Shown one piece after another: positions 26,276 to 32,000 of a stretch of 32,000 nt of DNA. The DNA lies in NCBI GenBank assembly GCA_028698185.1, contig JAQVDW010000004.1, positions 60,001 to 92,000 of the forward strand, read 5' to 3'. The notes under the pieces were generated by a model that saw nothing but the letters and a program-made list of their open reading frames with translations, was not told the origin of the DNA and made no database searches. The translations under genes were made by a program, and so were the position numbers. Positions within the stretch are counted from its first letter, which is position 1. Each line of letters opens with the position of its first letter. The DNA is from Erysipelotrichaceae bacterium. Lineage in GTDB: Bacteria; Bacillota_I; Bacilli_A; Erysipelotrichales; Coprobacillaceae.

Positions 26276-27853
26276 ATGAATTTAACAATAAAAGACATCA
26301 TAGTCCAACTCGAAGAAGACATCATAACCTTAATCGGCGAACCGGACATGAACCGGGCGATCCAGGGAATCAAGCGGCTGCGGCCAAATCTGGACACTTT
26401 GAACAAGGAGATCATCTACCTGGTTAAAGCCGCCGACCTGCCTGATTTTCAAAATGATCTGCTTGATCGCTTGGACAAGATTCCTTTGCTTGTGGCGGGT
26501 GCTGGCCATGATGAACTTGAAGGAACCCGCACGCTATGTCAACGTCATGATCTGGATGTTGTCTATTGTGGTGACAAACTGGATTGCGATGATCTTTCAA
26601 ACAAAATCCAGGATCTGGTTATGGCCAAACAGGCACTGCTGGCGCGGCCGGCGGCCCTGTTCAACACGATTGTCAGGGGTCGGGGCGTGCCGTACATTCT
26701 CGAAATCGCCGGTGAACTGCTTGAAAATCCGGTCCTTCTAGGCGATGGTAACCACCGTCTGATCGGTTCGTCGACTTTCGCACCGCTCGATGATGAAGCC
26801 TGGATGGAATACCGGAATACCGGCTTTTGCACCTACGAGTACACCCGAAAGTACAAGTTCGAGGCGTTCATCGAGGCTTCGGTAAAGGAAAACAAGGCGA
26901 TCATCGGCGATGTCAACGAACAGTTCAAGTATCGCCGGATCTTCGCCACTGTTGTCGGGGCCAACCGGGTGATCGGCCATCTCGCAGTCCTTGAATACAA
27001 CCGGCCCTTCACCGACAAGGACAAGGAAATATGCGAGTTCATCTGTGAGATCATTGCCGGAGAGATGCAGGCCAGTCAGGCCGGGCTTGTCGCCACCAAC
27101 CTGATGGCCAACCAGCTGTTCGCCGATCTCCTTAACGGGACGATCCAGGACGAAGACCTATTGGAAAAACGGCTGGCCGGTTTGAGATGGCGGTTGCCGG
27201 ATACCAAATATCTCCTGAGTGTCCCCCTTGACCGTTTTTCTGACAGCTTTGCGATGATAGCCTATCTCAAGGATACCCTGGAACACCGCTTGGATTTTCT
27301 GGAGACCATCGTGATGGCCGGCAATCTTATTGTCCTTTTGGGCGTTTCCAAGTCGCGCGGATTCAATACGTCCAAGTTCCAGGATCTTGTTCCTTATCTT
27401 CAGGAGCAAAGGCTCAAGGCCGGTGTCTCGCATCCCTTTGAAAACATGATTGATTTCGCCAAGGCCCATAAACAGGCCCAGACCGCCTTGAATATGGGCG
27501 CCGTTGCCGAAGATCTTCCCGGTCTTTTTTTATACCAGGACTGCGCTGTCGACGACCTGCTTGCTTTAAGTCAAGCCAATCTCAATCTCGATGACTACTG
27601 CCATCCGGCTTTGAAGAGACTTTTAGAATATGACCGGGATCACAACACCGACTTGCTCGGCAATCTTTATGTCTATGTCTGCAATATGGGAAACCTGCTT
27701 CATTCGGCCAACGAGCTGTTCATCCACCGGAACACCCTGTCTTACCGGCTCAACAAGATCTGCGAGATCACCGGCTGCGACGTTCATGACCAGAGCCATT
27801 TCATCAGTCTTTTTGTATCCTACAAGATATTGAAACTGACAGCCTCGAATTGA
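26276..27853 (+). CDS. PucR-family transcriptional regulator
   Basis: ~525 aa with a C-terminal PucR-type HTH (ANELFIHRNTLSYRLNKICEITG). Start is ATG 26276 (GGGGGAAG upstream); ATG 26264 is an alternative. Confidence 0.8.
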   Translation: MNLTIKDIIVQLEEDIITLIGEPDMNRAIQGIKRLRPNLDTLNKEIIYLVKAADLPDFQNDLLDRLDKIPLLVAGAGHDELEGTRTLCQRHDLDVVYCGDKLDCDDLSNKIQDLVMAKQALLARPAALFNTIVRGRGVPYILEIAGELLENPVLLGDGNHRLIGSSTFAPLDDEAWMEYRNTGFCTYEYTRKYKFEAFIEASVKENKAIIGDVNEQFKYRRIFATVVGANRVIGHLAVLEYNRPFTDKDKEICEFICEIIAGEMQASQAGLVATNLMANQLFADLLNGTIQDEDLLEKRLAGLRWRLPDTKYLLSVPLDRFSDSFAMIAYLKDTLEHRLDFLETIVMAGNLIVLLGVSKSRGFNTSKFQDLVPYLQEQRLKAGVSHPFENMIDFAKAHKQAQTALNMGAVAEDLPGLFLYQDCAVDDLLALSQANLNLDDYCHPALKRLLEYDRDHNTDLLGNLYVYVCNMGNLLHSANELFIHRNTLSYRLNKICEITGCDVHDQSHFISLFVSYKILKLTASN

Positions 27854-27979
27854 GCGCCCTTTTGTGCTAATCTGCCAGGTTTGCCGACTTTTTTCTAACT
27901 CCCTGACCAATGAATGAAAGCCCTTGAATATGGTATCATTAATATGTTAATAAATTAACAAGGATACAGGAGGCAGAAA

Positions 27980-29917
27980 ATGAATTACGATATTTTAAAA
28001 ACACCATTCAAAATCGGCAAAATGACAGTCAAGAACCGGATTGCCATGGCTCCGATGGGACTGAACTCAGGTCATATCGACGGTACCATCGCCGATGACG
28101 AGATCGACTATTTCGAGGAACGCGCCAGAGGCGGAACGGGGCTTATCATCATGGGGTGCCAGTTTTTAACTCAGGAGCTGGCCCAAGGTTCGATGGAAGG
28201 TTACCTGGACAACACCTATGTCATCCCCCAATTGACGACGCTGGTTGAAGCGGTGCACCGTTATGATGCGAAGATCTGCGCCCAGCTAAGCTGCGGGACC
28301 GGGAAAAACGCTTTCGCCAACATGCTCAAGGACGGCCGTCCGGTATCGGCGTCAGCGATCCCTTCGATGTTCAATCCCGATTTGCTTTGCAGGGCATTAA
28401 GCGTCGAGGAAATCAAGAAGATCATGGACGAGTTCACCTTCTCGGCCAAATTGCTCAAGGATGCCGGCTTCGATGCGATTGAAGTCCATGCCCATGCCGG
28501 GTATCTTGTCGACCAGTTCATGTCGGCGGTATGGAACAAGCGCGAGGATGAATACGGCGGATCGCCGGAAAACCGGATGCGCTTCGCTACCGATATCGTA
28601 GCGGCTATCCGCAAGGCGGTCGGCCCGGACATGCCAATCATTTTCAGGATGGCTGTCAAACATAATTTCGAAGGGGGCCGGACCCTGGAAGAAACGATCC
28701 CGCTGATGCGGGTGCTTGAAAAAGCCGGAGTCGATGCATTGGATATCGACAGCGGCAGCTATGAAAACATCGATTATATCTTTCCGCCGGCATATTTGGG
28801 CGATGCCTGCATGGCTGATGTCTGTGATACGGCCCGCAAGGCGGTAAGCATCCCTTTGCTTAATGCCGGTAACCATACGCCCGAAACAGCGGTGGAACTT
28901 ATTGAAAACAACAAGGCCGATTTCGTCCTTTTCGGGCGGCCGTTGATTGCCGAACCGGAAATGGCCAAGAAGCTGTTCAGTGACCGGCGCGACGAGGTGC
29001 GTCCATGTATCCGCTGCAACGATGACTGCATCGGCCGGATACTGACCCGTCTGACCAAGATAAGCTGTTCGGTTAATCCAAGCACCGGATTCGAACGCCG
29101 CTTCAAGTTGGAAAAATCATCTAATCCCAAAAAGGTTGTCGTTATCGGCGGCGGTCCTGGGGGAATGGAGGCGGCAAGAACCGCAGCCTTGATGGGTCAC
29201 ACTGTCGAATTGTTCGAAAAAGAAGCCGGACTGGGCGGGCAGTTGCGCTCTGCAGCCACTCCGCCATTCAAAAGCCAGCTTCGGGCACTTGTTACCTGGT
29301 ACCAACGCCAGCTGGAAATTACCGGGGTCAAAGTCAATCTAAACAGCGCAATCGGTGTTGACGATGCTGTTTTGGAAAGTGCCGATGCCATCATTGTGGC
29401 GACCGGGGCCATTCCTTGCGAACCGAACATCAAAGGGATCGAAAAGACCGTCAACATCCTTGATGCCCATCTTGATGAATCGAAGCTTCAAGGCGACAAG
29501 ATCATCTACTGCGGCGGGGGTCTTTCTGCTTGCGACAGCGCCTTGGAAACCGCAATGAAAGGCACACAGGTGGCAGTTGTCGAAATGCTTGGTGAAGTCG
29601 CGATTCAGGACCATTTCATAAACAAGGCCTCACTGATTCCGATGATGTTGAACAACGGAGTCAAGCTGTACACCAGCCATAAGGTGACCGAGATCCTTGA
29701 TGATGGTATCAAGGCCATCGATGGCCAAGGCAATGAGGTATTCATCGCCGGAACAAGCGTTGTCAGCGCCTTTGGAATGAAGGCCAATACTGCGGTTGGA
29801 CAGGCAATCGATGAGCGTTACCATGAAAAAGTCAAACTGGTCGGCGATTGCGCCCAGGTCGGAAAAGTCGGCGGTGCCGTGCGAAGCGGAATGTACGCTG
29901 CCATGAGTCTCGAATAG
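27980..29917 (+). CDS. Fe-S flavoenzyme of the 2-enoate reductase / 2,4-dienoyl-CoA reductase family (OYE-like FMN barrel + FAD/NAD(P) domain)
   Basis: AGGAGG SD. OYE-type N-terminus (NRIAMAPMG, EVHAHAGYLVDQF). 4Fe-4S motif CIRCNDDCIGR...ISCSVNP. Rossmann motif VVVIGGGPGGMEAA. 645 aa. Confidence 0.85.
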   Translation: MNYDILKTPFKIGKMTVKNRIAMAPMGLNSGHIDGTIADDEIDYFEERARGGTGLIIMGCQFLTQELAQGSMEGYLDNTYVIPQLTTLVEAVHRYDAKICAQLSCGTGKNAFANMLKDGRPVSASAIPSMFNPDLLCRALSVEEIKKIMDEFTFSAKLLKDAGFDAIEVHAHAGYLVDQFMSAVWNKREDEYGGSPENRMRFATDIVAAIRKAVGPDMPIIFRMAVKHNFEGGRTLEETIPLMRVLEKAGVDALDIDSGSYENIDYIFPPAYLGDACMADVCDTARKAVSIPLLNAGNHTPETAVELIENNKADFVLFGRPLIAEPEMAKKLFSDRRDEVRPCIRCNDDCIGRILTRLTKISCSVNPSTGFERRFKLEKSSNPKKVVVIGGGPGGMEAARTAALMGHTVELFEKEAGLGGQLRSAATPPFKSQLRALVTWYQRQLEITGVKVNLNSAIGVDDAVLESADAIIVATGAIPCEPNIKGIEKTVNILDAHLDESKLQGDKIIYCGGGLSACDSALETAMKGTQVAVVEMLGEVAIQDHFINKASLIPMMLNNGVKLYTSHKVTEILDDGIKAIDGQGNEVFIAGTSVVSAFGMKANTAVGQAIDERYHEKVKLVGDCAQVGKVGGAVRSGMYAAMSLE

Positions 29918-29926
29918 AATGATCGC

Positions 29927-29966
29927 AAAGGCCGCCGGGTTCCATGATTGGAGCCTGGTGGCCTTT
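29927..29966 (+). terminator. long hairpin after the reductase gene (weak U-tract)
   Basis: AAAGGCCGCCGGGTTCCA-TGAT-TGGAGCCTGGTGGCCTTT with G-U pairs. Only a short T-run follows. Confidence 0.5.
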
Positions 29967-30064
29967 TAACGGAAAAGAAATCGGATAAAACGGCATTGTT
30001 TGAGATATCAAATTCCACCAGATTCTGATATAATTAGCCATATAGGAATTACGAGGTGACCACT

Positions 30065-30568
30065 ATGATAGAGTTGATAAGCATCGACCAGAAGGATGAC
30101 GTTCTAGAGAAGATAAATGCCCTGTACCAGTCATCTTTTCCCAGCATCCAAAGAGTACCTTTCGAGTATCTGGTCATGTCCTCGCATCAACGCGACATCC
30201 TTGGGATCTACCAGGACGGCAGGTTTTGCGGCTTCATTTCCATGATCACATTTGGCGATCTGACCTATGTTGCCTACTTTGCGATCGACAAGACCATCCA
30301 GGGCCGGGGCCTTGGCTCGAAGGTGTTGAGCCTGATTGAAAACTACAAACCTGGCAACAAAATCATTCTTGACGTCGAGGCCATCAATGAACAGGCTCCC
30401 AACAACCCCCATCGGATCCGGAGGAAACTGTTTTATTTGAACAACGGCTTCAATGAGACGGGGATCAGGTATTTCTGGAACAACGAGGAATACGAGACAC
30501 TCGTGAAAAACGGGTCGATAACAAAGCAGGAATTCGATGATTTCTGGCACAGTATCTCCCATAATTGA
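30065..30568 (+). CDS. GNAT-family N-acetyltransferase
   Basis: GAGGTG SD before ATG 30065. Motif IQGRGLGSKVL. Confidence 0.7.
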   Translation: MIELISIDQKDDVLEKINALYQSSFPSIQRVPFEYLVMSSHQRDILGIYQDGRFCGFISMITFGDLTYVAYFAIDKTIQGRGLGSKVLSLIENYKPGNKIILDVEAINEQAPNNPHRIRRKLFYLNNGFNETGIRYFWNNEEYETLVKNGSITKQEFDDFWHSISHN

Positions 30569-30588
30569 TCAAGCAATGACTAACAGCT

Positions 30589-30617
30589 AAAAAGGATGTC
30601 TGAAATGACATCCTTTT
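30589..30617. terminator. bidirectional rho-independent terminator
   Basis: AAAAGGATGTC-TGAAAT-GACATCCTTTT, a perfect stem flanked by A- and T-runs, lies between convergent genes. Confidence 0.8.
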
Positions 30618-30622
30618 GCGCG

Positions 30623-31207
30623 TTAATTTTCAAGCTGGGTTTTGACGTAGCCATCATAACCGCCAAAAATCAAAGTGATGGCCTGGGCGGTTATCTCCTC
30701 GAGGGAAAGCTGCTTGTTTTCCTTGACCCACTGACGGTATATTTCCAGCGTCGCTCCGACCAGATAGGCACTCACGATTCCCTGGGATTTTTCCGGGATG
30801 GCGGAGATTTTGGTTTTGTAGCTGGTATTATGGTCGATCGACCGGGCAAACATCACCGTGCAGTAATCGCGGTAGGAGCTGTCGCAAATGATCTTTTCCA
30901 CGTAAGGCTCCTGGCTAGAGAAATAATCGAAAAAGATGCGGGTCTGGTGGCGCAAGTCGACCAGGGCGAGCTGCTCATCGATCTGGTCGATGAAGCCTTT
31001 GATGATCTGGGCCAATGTATGGTCGTACAGGTCCTCGATTGAGGCGTAGTGCGAGTAGAACGTCTTCCGGTGGATTCCCGCCTTGAGGGTCAGATCCTGA
31101 ACCGAAATGGCGTTGGCACTGGTCGAGGCAATCATTTCCTTGAAGGCATCGTCGATTGCCGCCCTTGTGTTCAAGATTCTTTTGTTTGTTTTCGCCTTGG
31201 TTTCCAT
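30623..31207 (-). CDS. TetR/AcrR-family transcriptional regulator
   Basis: N-terminal HTH ISVQDLTLKAGIHRKTFYSHY. 194 aa. AAAGGAGCGG SD. Upstream promoter TTGCTT-17-TATAAT on the minus strand. Confidence 0.85.
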   Translation of the reverse strand: METKAKTNKRILNTRAAIDDAFKEMIASTSANAISVQDLTLKAGIHRKTFYSHYASIEDLYDHTLAQIIKGFIDQIDEQLALVDLRHQTRIFFDYFSSQEPYVEKIICDSSYRDYCTVMFARSIDHNTSYKTKISAIPEKSQGIVSAYLVGATLEIYRQWVKENKQLSLEEITAQAITLIFGGYDGYVKTQLEN

Positions 31208-31440
31208 ATTGTTCCGCTCCTTTTTTTCTATCTATGTGTAACGATGTAATAGCTTAAAATTATAATACAAATATGAATAATAAGCAACATATGTAACTGG
31301 ATTTTTACGAAAATCTGATATTTGCTGGATAGATGGCCCTCGGGTAAAAAATAGGTTCTGGTTTCAGATTAAAACGGACCGATCGGAATTTTTTCATCAT
31401 TCCGGCAACAATCAGGAAGACAAGCATGCAAAAAAGGACC

Positions 31441-32000
31441 TCAGTCCTTCTTTAGCTTGTGGAAAATGGGCTTCATCGACTCGTAGGTGCAATATGATTC
31501 GAAGCCCAAACGGGCAAGTTCGGCGCGGGTCTGGTCAATGGCAAAACCGAGATGGCTTTTATTGTGGGAGTCGGAGCCGATAGTGATGATCTTTCCGCCA
31601 AGTTCCCGGTAAAGCCTGAGGATGTCCCTTGATGGGGTCAGGTCGTCGAGGCCGTAACGTTTCGATGAAGTGTTGATCTCGATCCCTTTGCCGTCTTCTA
31701 TAACGACCTCCAGGATTTTTTTGATGATGCCCTCGATGCTCGCGAAGGGCACCTTGCCTTCGCTGTAGCGGACGATCATGTCGAGATGGCCTAAAACGCT
31801 GTAGTTCTTGAAGCTGCTGACCACTTCAAGGAGCTCCTGGTAGTAGGCGAAGGTGTATTCTTCAAGGCTCTTGTCCTTCTGGAAGGCATAGTCCCAGAAT
31901 TCCTTATCGCCAACCTGGTGGATCGACAGGATGACAAAATCCATTTCGTAGCTCTGGTAAAGCTTTTCGAAATCGTTGATGGTGTGGGTCTGGATGCCAA
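31441..32000 (-). CDS. PHP-family histidinol phosphatase (C-terminal part; 5' end outside the window)
   Basis: The frame is open to the window edge. DFVILSIHQ..., VLGHLDMIVRY, GKGIEINTS and ITIGSDSH are typical of HisK/HisJ-type PHP phosphatases. A small hairpin + T-run overlaps the stop. Confidence 0.75.
   Translation of the reverse strand, partial: GIQTHTINDFEKLYQSYEMDFVILSIHQVGDKEFWDYAFQKDKSLEEYTFAYYQELLEVVSSFKNYSVLGHLDMIVRYSEGKVPFASIEGIIKKILEVVIEDGKGIEINTSSKRYGLDDLTPSRDILRLYRELGGKIITIGSDSHNKSHLGFAIDQTRAELARLGFESYCTYESMKPIFHKLKKD

Noticed and set aside
27939-27959. TTAAT/TTAAT/TTAAC 8-nt-period repeats as a stand-alone feature
   Set aside because: They may simply reflect an AT-rich leader. 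I mention them only within the PucR/reductase finding as a testable candidate site.
31232-31300. GTTACAYAT direct repeats and an ACATATGT palindrome in the TetR promoter region as a defined operator
   Set aside because: These are short AT-rich matches that could arise by chance. They are plausible as a TetR autoregulatory site but not distinctive enough to report as a feature.

Overview
This is a 32-kb chromosomal window from a low/mid-GC Gram-positive bacterium. Gene content is Bacillota-type, starts are Shine-Dalgarno-led, and there are many rho-independent terminators. The species cannot be named by eye. I can support about 29 protein-coding genes. I saw no tRNA, rRNA or CRISPR array. Left to right: (1) a beta-helix protein fragment and a MalY/PatB-type C-S lyase; (2) a sugar locus with two paralogous AraC regulators, an orphan PTS EIIC and an 845-aa cytoplasmic glycoside-hydrolase-like protein; (3) a decayed reading frame broken only by two TGA codons; (4) a cinnamoyl/feruloyl esterase; (5) an ABC-F ATPase with an attenuator-like leader, then a LysR regulator; (6) purA-guaA; (7) an AT-rich accessory patch holding a relic copy of a guaA segment, a Fic protein, a decayed IS3-family element and the 3' stump of a hexapeptide acetyltransferase; (8) a Nim-like PNPOx/ACT pair; (9) a MATE exporter with a riboswitch-like terminator leader; (10) pabA-pabB-pabC; (11) a nitrosative-stress-style cluster (YgbA-like protein, GNAT, RIC/ScdA); (12) a DUF1287 lipoprotein; (13) a PucR regulator next to a 645-aa Fe-S flavin enoate-reductase-family enzyme; (14) a GNAT, a TetR regulator and a partial PHP histidinol phosphatase. 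I did not find a clear multi-gene novel system. The most promising unexplained signals are the two cis-regulatory leaders (ABC-F and MATE), the guaA-linked island scar, the TGA-interrupted frame, and the orphan regulator/enzyme pairs. All family names come from motif recognition by eye, not from searches.
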